A stretch of DNA of 64,000 nt from Euglena gracilis (lineage: Eukaryota): NCBI GenBank assembly GCA_039621445.1, contig CP154954.1, positions 33,395,455 through 33,459,454 of the forward strand, read 5' to 3'. Shown in pieces: positions 36,898 to 47,750 of the stretch; position 1 is the first letter of the stretch, and each line of letters opens with the position of its first letter. The notes below the pieces were generated by a model, which saw nothing but the letters and a program-made list of their open reading frames with translations, made no database searches and was not told the DNA's origin. A program made the translations under genes and the position numbers.

Positions 36898-39182
36898 TCA
36901 ACATGTCATCACAATGGCCCTGCAAATTTCCAACATGTCTTTCTTGGAAACCTTGGACTGAAAATGGCTAAAAAAAAACAACAATGTCCTTTCAGCACCA
37001 ACATGGTTGCTTGCCTTGTGACATTCATCCAAACAAACTTTCAACAAATGAGATGGAACAACCAACTTGCCATCACAATACATGGCCTTGGCAGATCTGA
37101 ACCAAAACTCATTGTCAATGAAACAGGGTTTTGAAACCTCCACTTTTTCCCAAAAATCCTTCAGCTCTGAATTCAAATAATCCTTTTCTGACACTTGCAC
37201 TCTGTGGGACAAACTGAAAATCTTCTGCAAAAACAGGTCAAGCTGCACATCCATTTTCTGAAAAGCGTTCCTTGCTTCTTTCTCAAAATGAATTTCAAAT
37301 TTGTTCTCAAAATCCGCACGAGACAGAAAATCACACAATTCATTTTTGCAACCTGCCACATGTACGATATTCAGTTTGAACTGGTGCAAAAACACATACA
37401 TCCTTCTCAGTCTTTTGTTGAGGGTGGGTTCACCCTTCAGGAAAGAGGTGGCTGCCTCATTGTCTGTCATCCACACAATTGGCAGGTTTTGCAAAATCCT
37501 CGTTTTTGAAGCAATGGTCAGCACACCACTCAAAATTTCTTTTTCCCAGGTAGTGTATTTTTTTCTTGCCTCACTCCATTTCCAGTTGTAGTGGCCCAAG
37601 GGCACCAACCTCATTTCACTGGGGTAGTTGTTTTTCAGGGTCCCATCCACCTTCACACCAGTTGTTCGAAAATTCTCAGGAATTTGTGTTTGTTGGAGGG
37701 TTTGCCACTGAAACAAAGCAGAACCACCTCCCAAATCCGAACTGTCAGTCACCAAAACAATCTCTCCTGAACTCCTGGGGGTACCCAAAACATCAAGAGA
37801 AGACAATTTCCTTTTCAATGCATTCAAACAACTCTCCTCCTTTTCAGTCCACCTCCATTTCACATTCTTTTTCAGCAGATCTGTGAGCGGGGCTGAGTCA
37901 AAAGTAAAACCTTTCACGTGTCTGCGGTAGAAATTCATGGCTCCCAAAATTCGCCTCAAATCCCTTTGATTCTGAACTCGAAAACTCAGAATTGGTTCAA
38001 TGTTTCTTTTGTTTGCCTGCCACATTCCCCATCCCAACGAGAAACCCAAATAGTCAATGGACTGATTCAGAAAGGAACATTTGCTCAATTTGATTCTCAC
38101 TTGGTTCTTTCTGCAAACTTCAAACCACTTTTCCAAAAGATACAAATGATCCTCTTCAGAGTTTGCACCAACCCCTGTGTCATCAAAAAAAGAAGCCAGG
38201 TGTCCATCCTTCAAAATCTCTCTCACCCTCAAATCCGTTTTGCATTGGGAGGTTAGAATTTCCATCAGCTCCTGAAAAATACCCGGTGCATTACTTAGGC
38301 CAAACATCATCCTTTTGGGACGAAAACACCTCCCAGATGGAATGCAAAATGCAGACAAATTTGCTGCTCTTTTTGTGATTGGGATTTGCCAATACCCACT
38401 CCTCATATCCAGGGTACTTTTCCAGCGACATTTGCCAAACTTTCAATCAAAACCTCCATGCTTGGCAAATAACCTGCATGTGCCTTGCTTCTGGCATTCA
38501 ATTTTCCATAATGGATGACCATCCTTCTGGTACTTGACCCTTTTTTGTCCACCAAAAATGTGGGGCTGCACACCTGGGTGATTTCACCAACTGGGAATTG
38601 CTCAATCAACCCTGACTTTAGCAATTCTTCACACTGAAGGTCAATTTCTTTTTCATCCTCCTGGGGCATGGGCCAACACTTTTGCCTTAGGGGTTTGCCT
38701 TCCCATTCAGGCTTTAGCTCAATGTCCATCAAAACAGGCAGGGGGGAAGACTCAGAAATTGTGGGCAATGGTCCAAAAACATCAGAAAATTTCACCAAAA
38801 GCTCATACAACCTGGGGTGGTCTCTGAATTTCTCAACTTCTTTTTCAAACTCTCCACTCAGATTCTCAGTAAACAATTTGCTGCTTTTTTCATCAGCCTT
38901 TTTCTGGGTCTCCAAAGTCCAAATCTTTTCATGCAAAACTTGGGAAATGCTTTTGAGTTCATCCATCTTGATTGTTGCCTTGGGAGTTTTCACAGGTTTT
39001 GCAAACTGAACATCTTCCACAGGCTGGGCCAGCTGGAAAAACATCACCTCCACATCTTTTCTCACCTCCTGAAAAAGACTCAGCTCACTTTCAATGTCCT
39101 TGGTCAACTCAGCCAAAAAATTGATGTTTTCATGCTCATTCATTGGTTCAAACACCACCACATTGTCCAACCACTCTTTCAC
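36898..39182 (-). CDS. Gypsy RT, RNase H and integrase zinc finger (frameshift near 38430)
   Basis: SPTFLVDKK..RMVIHYGKLN, MRSGYWQI, MMFGLSNAP, FFDD, VTDSSD, EKEIL, TDN, and H-x4-H..C. Confidence 0.93.
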
Positions 39183-39197
39183 CTTTTCTTCTGATTC

Positions 39198-41318
39198 CTA
39201 GGGGGGAACATTCTCCAAAGGAAAACTGGGACTTTCAAAAACTTGCTTGTCTGCAGGTGGACTGGCAGGCTGGGGTGCCTGCTGCAGGGGGGGAACATCA
39301 GGAAGATCTGGGAAATCAACTTGAATTCCATCATCCACTGTGGGGTACTTCCTGATCTCACCTCTCAGTTCATCCAAACTCCAATTCCTTGAAACTTTTC
39401 TGAGCCAACTGACAATTTTGGGGTCCAAAAGCTCAAAATCCACTTTGAATTGCACAGTGTCCACCACACTCACAAAAGTGTTCCACAGGGCGGAGGGCAG
39501 CACCTTTTTGCACCTGTCACCCACAAACAAGGGAACCCCACTTGAAATTTTCACCCTGGCCACAGTCACCCTTTCCAGCAGGGGGGACCAGTACTGATCC
39601 ACCCAGTCTGGGTGTACCAGGACCATTTTTGTTTCTTCAATGCACAACTTTGTCACCACCTTGCTTAGTTGGCTGAAGGGGGGGTTTGCCCACAGAAACT
39701 TGGAAGCACCAATGTCACACAACAACCTTTCCCATGAATACCTGTAGGCTGAATTCCCTTTCGTCATGTACAAAGACTGGGTGTGGTTCAGGTGGTTTGC
39801 AAAAAGATCAATGCAAATCTGACCCTCAGAAATCTTCAATTCATCCAAAGCTTTTGTCTTCACTGGCTTCACCAAAGTGTAGCTTTCTGTCTTGAAAAGT
39901 CTGAAAATTCTTTTGATGGTGTGGTCCCCATCATGGCTCTGAAGTAAAAACTCCTCACCATCAATGGTGATTCTGGGGGGTCTGGTCAGCAACCCACCAA
40001 AAAATTCACTTTCAGTAAAGTCAGTCCCCAAAACTGCCTCGAAGGCATTTGTTTCAACAACAACCGCTTTAAGCTTTAGAATTTTTCGTCCCAACTCCAA
40101 ACTCACCTCACACACTCCTTCACAAAAAATGTACTCCCCGTTGCCGATCTGCAGGGGTACCGTAGCACTCCGTTGAATTTTATTCTCTGGAACACATTTC
40201 TTAGAAACTGCAGTTATGGTGGCCCCAGTGTCCAAAATTGCTTGAATTTCCTTTCCATAAACCCTCACTGGCAAAAGATAAGTTTTACACACCATCTGGA
40301 GCAATTGTAAAGCATTAGCCTTTCTCTTTTTGGGGTCCTCACCCTGGGGGGTAACCTGGGTTTGCACTCCCTGGGGTTGAACCGAAGGGGTCCCTTTGCC
40401 TGCCCCCTTCTGGGCTGCTGCCTTCTTTTTCTCAAACTTTTCTTTTGACCAACATCTGTCTTCATAATGCCCTTTTTTGTGACAAAATCGACAGAAAATT
40501 GTGGCTCCAAATCGTGGGGCTGGGGTGTCATCAACTTTTCTTTCACCCTTGCCTTTGCCTTTTCCTTTGCCTTTTCCTTTTCCACCAGATTTTCCACCTT
40601 TTCCAGATTCTGGGACACTTTCACCAACTTTTTCAGATTGATCAGGGGGTCTTTCAATCAATGGTCTGAGATTTTCTTTTTTCAGCAAATTCCTCTCCAA
40701 CCAATCTTCAGAACTTTTCTCCAAAATTGTTTTTCTCAAATCTGTGAATGTCTCAGAACGATGTTTGTAAAATCTGTCTGCCCTGATGTCTGCATACATT
40801 CTGGGGTGTAATTTCCTCAGCAAAACCAAAAACTTTTCCTGTTCACTCATGGCCTGGGGGCTCAACCTGGCCATCAAATTGTCCAATTCAATGAAAAGTT
40901 TTTTGATGTCTTGGGGTTCAGGGTTCTGGGAAAGTGCTGGCAATTTGTCAATGGCAGATCTCAAAGTCATGTCATTTTCCAATGTTGGGAACAAATTTGC
41001 GATTTCCAACAGCACTTTTTCAAAATCATCATTCTCATCCATCACTTTTTCAACCAGTTTTTTTACCTTGGGGGTGCAACATTCCAACAGCCAATCCTTT
41101 TTCTGGACATTTCCAAATGCAACAGCACCAGTTAACCTCAACCATCTGCCAAAATCTTTCAAAAACTCTGGCCAATTTGTGCCATCAAACTCTGGCAATT
41201 TCACAGGGGGTAATCTTGAACTTTGGGTTGAACTTTGGCTGGGGTTGCTGGAATTTGGTTCAACAATTTGCTTCAGAAATGTTTCAACCTGGGTGATGGG
41301 GTTCACAGGGGTAAACAC
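39198..41318 (-). CDS. Gypsy gag, zinc knuckle, aspartic protease and Dam-like adenine methyltransferase
   Basis: LPEFDG, CRFCHKKGHYEDRC (CX2CX4HX4C), ILDTGA, then ESYTL..IDLFA..WANPPF..LVHPDW..W. Confidence 0.93.
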   Translation of the reverse strand: MFTPVNPITQVETFLKQIVEPNSSNPSQSSTQSSRLPPVKLPEFDGTNWPEFLKDFGRWLRLTGAVAFGNVQKKDWLLECCTPKVKKLVEKVMDENDDFEKVLLEIANLFPTLENDMTLRSAIDKLPALSQNPEPQDIKKLFIELDNLMARLSPQAMSEQEKFLVLLRKLHPRMYADIRADRFYKHRSETFTDLRKTILEKSSEDWLERNLLKKENLRPLIERPPDQSEKVGESVPESGKGGKSGGKGKGKGKGKGKGERKVDDTPAPRFGATIFCRFCHKKGHYEDRCWSKEKFEKKKAAAQKGAGKGTPSVQPQGVQTQVTPQGEDPKKRKANALQLLQMVCKTYLLPVRVYGKEIQAILDTGATITAVSKKCVPENKIQRSATVPLQIGNGEYIFCEGVCEVSLELGRKILKLKAVVVETNAFEAVLGTDFTESEFFGGLLTRPPRITIDGEEFLLQSHDGDHTIKRIFRLFKTESYTLVKPVKTKALDELKISEGQICIDLFANHLNHTQSLYMTKGNSAYRYSWERLLCDIGASKFLWANPPFSQLSKVVTKLCIEETKMVLVHPDWVDQYWSPLLERVTVARVKISSGVPLFVGDRCKKVLPSALWNTFVSVVDTVQFKVDFELLDPKIVSWLRKVSRNWSLDELRGEIRKYPTVDDGIQVDFPDLPDVPPLQQAPQPASPPADKQVFESPSFPLENVPP

Positions 41319-41816
41319 AGACTGACTGCTGCTGGCTGATTTATTTCCAATTCCTGCAACCTTCTTTCCAAATCTTCAATGGAGGACATTTCTGCAGATC
41401 ACTTTCAAAAAACTCAACCACTGGCTCTGAAAACTGGGAGAAACAGAAACACTGGCCAACCCAAAAAACAAACAAAAACTGAAGAAACCAGAACAGAAAA
41501 CCAACCAATTGGTTCAGGACCAGGTCAGCAAGATGATGAAGAACTTGCCTCCACCAAGATCTTGTTCTGGACAGCAAGGTGAACAGCAGCACTTACAAAC
41601 TTCCTCAACCAAATAACCAAAACAACAACTGTTGACAAACTCTCCACTGTGAACTTGTTCACCACAGCCTCAATGTCAACTTCTTGTTGAAGATGTTGTT
41701 CTGTACCAGCAACTTGGTTAACCTTGCCTTCAGGAACACCAACTTCTGGAACTTCAAAAACCAGTGAAACAATGTTGAATCTCCTCGAAGACGTCTTGGA
41801 CGATTGGAACAACAAA

Positions 41817-41828
41817 CCTCTGCGACCA
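41817..41828 (-). promoter_or_regulatory. Primer binding site, tRNA-iMet-like
   Basis: TGGTCGCAGAGG lies 4 nt after the LTR-terminal CA and has one mismatch to the animal-type iMet PBS TGGTAGCAGAGG. Confidence 0.75.
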
Positions 41829-41832
41829 ACTT

Positions 41833-41955
41833 TGGACGTCTCAGAATATTCTTTTGTTTTTATTGAAGTACTCGGATTCCCAATTTTTCTTGATATCCCA
41901 ATTGTCCCCAAAGACGTAACACAATCAATGTAATGACATAACCAGAGCCAGCAGT
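41833..41955 (-). repeat. Gypsy 5' LTR remnant (R-U5 part only)
   Basis: Near-identical to 34976-35098. Confidence 0.95.
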
Positions 41956-41981
41956 CGAAAAAAAATAGACACTCAGAAAGT
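41956..41981 (-). other. Euglenid spliced-leader exon sequence (retro-copied, not an SL RNA gene)
   Basis: ACTTTCTGAGTGTCTATTTTTTTTCG matches the 26-nt Euglena SL as I recall it. It is not followed by a GT donor. Confidence 0.93.
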
Positions 41982-44900
41982 GGCTGAATCCCAGTAAGGG
42001 GGTTACCATCAAAACTATGTTCGGCGGAAACATTGTAAATCTGGGCAGGAATTTTTGAATTGCTGACCAGGGGGGTTTTGCATAAAGGTCCCCCAAATTG
42101 TGTAGGGGACATTATAGTGCATCCACTGCTGATGCCTCCCCGTGGGGCCATCTGGCCACAAAATTGGGTAATTTTTTGTTCTCTGGGGAGGCAAATAAAT
42201 CTGTTTCCAAAGTTATGAACTGTTTGAAATGTTGATTGAGCCATTGAAAAATTTGGGGGTCCAGTGAGAAATCCCCCTTGTACCTGCTTAAGGGGTCTGC
42301 AAGGCATTCTTTTGCAGGAACCCCCTTTTTCTTGCAGGTTTATTTTGTGCTCCATGCACCATTTGAAAAAAGGTCTGAGCATTGTGTTGAAGGGGTCTTT
42401 TTTGCCTCCCCCTTTTGTCAGGTAATACAAAAGTACCTGATTGTCAACTGAAAGCAGAACTGTTTCTCCAGGTTTGCTTAGGCTTTTTATTGTGGTTATT
42501 GCTGCACTTAGTTCTTTGACATTTATGTGCATCGTGGACTTTTCCCTCCAAGATTCCTGCACAATGTTTCCTGTACGGATGTCTAATCCCCCCAGGCGTG
42601 GGTGCTGCTGTCTGAATGCAACTCCCTTGTGGCATTTTGGGGGAAGGGTCTTCCTTCCCATGTGTCCAGCAGAAGTTTTATTTCCTTTACTTGGTTTTTT
42701 ATTTTTGGTGAAATGTGATGTTTTGAGTCCCAGGGGGCTGTGGAGTGTTTTGCCAGAAAATTGGCCAGGGCATCCGTAAAAGCCCTGAGGATGGGCAGGG
42801 CCATCAGGTTGGACATTATTTGGCCCAAAATGGCAGCCAGCTGCCTTTTTGACATGAAATTCCTTTTTACATTTTTTCCCAGATCCTTTTTGATGGTATT
42901 GACTTTTTTTTGGGGGGGGTACTTGTAACTTTTCTTCTTGGAAGTTTAGCTGAAACCCCAGGTGGTTTACAATCTGGGTGGGTTCCAGGGTTTACCTTTT
43001 TACGTTGATTTTGAACCCTGATTTTAATAAATCCCTGACGACTGTGTTCAGGTGATTTTGTAGGGTGTTTCTGGTAGGGGCCACCACCAAAATGTCGTCC
43101 AGGTAAATGAATAGGTGGATGTATCTTTTCCTCCACAACTTTTCGAATGTTTCTATGACCCCCATGAAAATTTGGGGCATAATCTTCAGGCCAAAGCAGC
43201 CTGCTTGGAACACCCAAGTTTGCCCCCCTACCTGATGCCTCAAAAAAGGCCGTTGGGCCTGGCTCACTGGTATGAGAAAATAGGCATCCTTTAAGTGTAT
43301 TTTGGTTGCCCACTGGCCTTTTCCCATAATTGGGAAGATGTGCTGGATGTGATCCAGCTTGAAAGGTTTTACCTGGAACTGCTGGTTTGATTTCCTGCAG
43401 TAACTTATGAACCTCCACTTTGTTTCCCCCCCTCTGGTTTTGAAATTAGAGACCAGGGAATTAGATGTTGGGTTCCTGTATCCCGAACCCGCTTTATGGA
43501 CCCAGATTTTTCGTAATCCAACGGTATTTTTTTCTGCTTGGGTCAGGTTTAGATTTGCCCTGAATTTTGGGTGGGTGGACAATTTTGGGTTTCTGTCCCA
43601 GGGGGGTTGGATGCCATCTTTGGTTAGTTGGCAGGTTGCTGGGGGGCATTTTCGTTCCACCATTATAGGCTGTTTTGAAGTCTCTGGTGCAGGGGGGTGT
43701 TTTCCCACTTTTCCTCCATGGAAGTTATTTCTCCCAGCAAGTGTTTTTGTGGGGTTGTGGGCTGGGTTGATGACCATTTTCCATCCCATGGACACTTTGG
43801 GATGAATGCTCTGACCTGCTGATGGGTGGTTGGGAGAATGCAACCCCTGGGTTTACAGGAGGTTGTCGAAAAACTGCAGGGAGGGTGTGCATGCATCTCT
43901 CACACTCTCTCTGGTGACCCACTCTGATCTTGTTGTTGGTAGACATACCATAGGGGGGGCTCTGCGGGTCTCCCCCTTGGGTTGATCTTCCCCTGCCATG
44001 GGCAAAACAAAAAGATTTGACAGGGGGGCCACTGTGGGTTCCCTGTCCTCCTCCACAAGGTCCACTGTGGGTGGTACCTGGTCCCCCTTGTCCAAGGAAA
44101 GGGCCTCTGTGGGTCCCTTTGGGGGGTTTTCCTGGGGCTGGGCCATGCAGTAAGGCCCTTTCGGGCTGTAGCTGGTTAGCTTCTGGCTCCCAGGGCCTGT
44201 AAATTGATTCCCCCAGTGGGCTTGAAATTGTTGGCCGTAATGGCCTTGGCCCCCATGGCCTGGTTTGGCTTGATTTGATGTGGGTCTCCAGCTGCATGTG
44301 AAGCCTTGGGGGGCCTCTGTGGCCCCCCCTTTCCCCTTTGAGGGGTTGATAATGGGCGACATTTTGGGGGTTTTAAAAGACCTTTTTGCCCCGTCCAGTG
44401 GGCATGTGCTTGCAGAATTGGCCTCCAAGGCCTGGCCGATGTTGTCCCCCTTGGCCCTCATTCCATCTCCCCGTACGGGGGTTTTGAATTGCTGGGGACT
44501 TTGGTGGATGACCACCTTGGGGCCTCCATTGCTGCCCCTTGTGGGGGACAGGGCCCAACTTCTGGTTGAATGGGCTTGGTATTGGTTTTCGCTTTGGTTT
44601 CTTGGCCACCAATTGCCAAGGGCTGTGTCTGTCCCTTTTTGGGGTTGATGAATGTTCTGAAAAGGAAATTTTCTTTTGGGGAAAAGCCACGGATTGCCAG
44701 ATGGAGGCCGCACCAGCAGGTTCTCCAGCGGTATCTTCTCGGGCACGGTGTTGACCAGCTGTTACTTCTGAGCTCGTAGGTCTTTCATAGTTCGTTGAAT
44801 TAAATCTTTTCAAATTCCAATTCAACTTGATATTTCGGTCTTGACCACAGCTTCAATGCTAAATCCTGGTGTGGATGCTGTTCTCAACGAGGGAGTCGGT

Positions 44901-45286
44901 TAACCTTGCCGTCAGGAAGAACACCTTCTCCAGCAGGTATTATTTTTTCAAACTTGACCAAACGTTGAATGGGTCCTCTCTCTGAATATTCTGCTGCCTT
45001 GACTTCTTCTCTTGGTTCGACTTCGTGCGTAGATTCTATTCCTTTCCTCTGGGTGTCGAAGGGCAGTTTAGGAGTCAGCCAACTCGGTCGACAAAAAGGC
45101 ACCAAGCGCGGACCCCTAACCCACCGCGCAAAAACAATCGCAGCAGACCGCCGGCGAGCAAGGCATGGCCTCACAATGGCAAAGTGCGGAGCCCGAGGCG
45201 CCGAAAAATTTTGCCTAAAAATCGGCCCCGGTGCGAAACACGTGGTACAAAAGCATCCGCCAGAGATGCTGATTCCAACGGCATTC

Positions 45287-45820
45287 CAACGGGGACTCCC
45301 TATGGCAAATAAACCGGCACATTTTTAGTGCCTCCACCCTGCCGGCCGCAACTGTCAGGACTTTTCGGATCCCGAGGCCTTTTGGGCAAAATTCATGTTT
45401 CGGGCATTTCCGGGAGGGGGGGCGCGTGGCACCGCGTGAAGAAGAATCCGGTAAAACCTAAAATGACTGAATGAGAGAAAAACACCCACAAAAGTGCCCA
45501 TCGATTAAAAAAATTGCAATGACAAAGCATTTTGAGTGAATTTGGTAATTTTTCAACGGGGACTCCCTATGGCAAATAAACCGGCACATTTTTAGTGCCT
45601 CCACCCTGCCGGCCGCAACTGTCAGGACTTTTCGGATCCCGAGGCCTTTTGGGCAAAATTCATGTTTCGGGCATTTCCGGGAGGGGGGGCGCGTGGCACC
45701 GCGTGAAGAAGAATCAGGTAAAACCTAAAATGACTGAATGAGAGAAAAACACCCACAAAAGTGCCCATCGATTAAAAAATTGCAATGACAAAGCATTTTG
45801 AGTGAATTTGGTAATTTTCA
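45287..45820. repeat. 267-bp tandem duplication
   Basis: caacggggactccctatggc...tttggtaattttt occurs twice (45287, 45554), nearly identical. Confidence 0.95.
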
Positions 45821-45877
45821 GGTGTTTTTGGACCAAATCCACCTGGTTTTTCCACCAGACGTCACCGAATCTGTGCA

Positions 45878-46125
45878 AGTGGCCGCAAAATGGCCAAAAG
45901 TGGCCAAAAAGGGGCAAAAAGTGGCTGAAGGCAGTGAGAAATGGCCTTAAATGGCCACAAATGTGGAAAAACAGCCAGAAGCAGCCAAAAAATGGCATAA
46001 ATGAAACAAATATGCATTCAAACAGCCAAAAGTGGTCTAAATTGCCAAATGCAACCCAAAGTGGCCAAAAGTGGCCAAAGGTGGTCCAAAATGGCCAAAA
46101 AAAAGGCCCAAAAAGGCCAAAAGTG
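45878..46125. repeat. Degenerate ~10-bp repeat (aaa[a/g]tggcc)
   Basis: Repeated aagtggcc/aaatggcc units. Confidence 0.8.
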
Positions 46126-47384
46126 CTGATTAGGAGGAAACCAGACAAAAAAGAATGGGAATCAACTATAGATGGGGTGCTGGTGGAAATTTGTGAAAAT
46201 TGAACATCCGGAGATGATTCTTCTCACGCGGTGCGCCACGCGGTGCATGTGGTGCGGAAGCACCCCCCAGGCCCACACCCTGATCTGTCTCAAAAGGGGC
46301 TGGATTTGTCAATAGCCTGCATTGATCGCTCGTGGGGTTGCTACGCAAGGTTGGGGGGGCAAGGGTTTGGGAACTCATCGGTGTTGCTGCTTGTCTGCAA
46401 AGCAGATGTGGTGGACGATTGCCAGGGTGAAGAGCAAGGCGATCGTCTGGATGATATATGACGCCAACCATTAGCAGGGGAACGAGGCAGGCCACAAAAG
46501 ACAGGGCTCTGCGATTGTTGCTTGAAAAATGATTTTGAAACAGAAATAATGCGAGAAACTGGGGGGATACGGCGTTTAATTTGGCTGGCTTGCCTCGGTC
46601 AGGCCCTGTCTAAGGGAGATGCAGAGAAGCGACCGGGGTGGCCTTGGCGCTCGGGGCGGCCACCGGGGGGGGAGAAGGGCTGTGGGATTGGATCGGCTGG
46701 ACTTTCGTTGCTTGCTGGGAAAAGTTCAAAAATCCTTGAAACTGTTCTCTGGGGAAATAAAAGAGAATCCCAACCATCCTTTCAATCGTGCACAAGCCGC
46801 CGCTTTGACGGTCCATTGTGACTGCTCGGGGCCAAGTGTGCCCACCCTCTTCTCTCTTCACCTCAACAACAACAACAAGCAAACTTCGCTTTTGTTGGAA
46901 GCTTTTTTGTTCAAAGCCAAGAAACCTCCAAATGCACCCCCCCGGTGGAGGTTGATTGTTCCATTTTTTTTTCAGGCGAAGAAAATGAGGACAAAAAAAG
47001 CCCCTGTCACCTTTCACCTGCACCCTTCCGTTTGCCTTGGCCAGCGGGGTCGATCCACCCACCCACCCACGATATATGGCGCCTTTGCAAGGGAAAATTC
47101 CTTCGGTGCTGAAGGAAAATTTGACCAAAGACTTGGCACCCCCAGAAAAATGGGATGGGTGGAAAGAAGCAGGGGTGCCCTGTGCAGGCAGAACGGGATG
47201 GAATGGGTGGGGGGGGGGTCGACCCCCCCCCCAACCACCACAGCATTTTCACCAATTTTGGGAAAATGGGGATATTGGCCGGGGAAAACTTTTGAAAAAG
47301 GAACCCAAAATGCATGATTTTTTTTATATGGAAAACCACATTTTTTCAAAAAAAACTCAAAAACTTCAGGTTTTAAAAATTGGT

Positions 47385-47750
47385 GAACCCCCCCAAATAT
47401 AAAGACCCCCCGGCTTTATATTTGGACAGGATTTCAAGACCCTCAGGGGGGGGGGCTTTATATTTGGGGGCGCCTTTATATTTGGGGGGAAAATTCAAAC
47501 TATTTCGGGTGGCCTCTATGACCTTCGGCGGCCTTCAATTGGCCAAACACCAATTTTATGCCAAATTTTTGTTGTGTACCTCCCATTTTTACAGAAATGT
47601 GCAACTCTTATCCAAAATGGAGCACCTCTGATGAAAAAATGTTGTATCCACCCAAAATTTTCATACTTTTCTGAACAACACCAGCGTCTGGCTCCACGTC
47701 GGGGGGGGCTTTATATTTGGGGGGGCTTTATATTTGGGGGGGGGGGGTGT
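47385..47750. mobile_element. MITE-like remnant with repeated gggctttatatttgggg motifs in both orientations
   Basis: The motif is inverted at ~47389-47412 and direct at ~47412, 47453, 47474, 47706 and 47723. Confidence 0.45.

Larger units (their letters stand above)
34976..41981 (-). mobile_element. Ty3/gypsy chromovirus-like LTR retrotransposon with MT domain and SL-capped 5' end
   Basis: Domain order is gag-PR-MT-RT-RH-IN-chromo, with LTR repeats, PBS and PPT. Confidence 0.95.
33565..45202 (-). mobile_element. DIRS family 1, copy C, both ITRs and ICR present, interrupted in its MT domain by the gypsy element
   Basis: Left end ~45050-45202, right ITR ~33608-33710 with extension 33565-33607, ICR 33839-33944. 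Frameshifted RT (HLKDAYF, YLDD), RH, MT and YR fragments. Confidence 0.93.

Noticed and set aside
41956-41981. SL RNA gene
   Set aside because: No GT donor or SL intron follows. The leader is joined to LTR sequence at an acceptor position.
45714-46203. QKWPK-repeat ORFs
   Set aside because: They are a by-product of a degenerate 10-bp DNA repeat.
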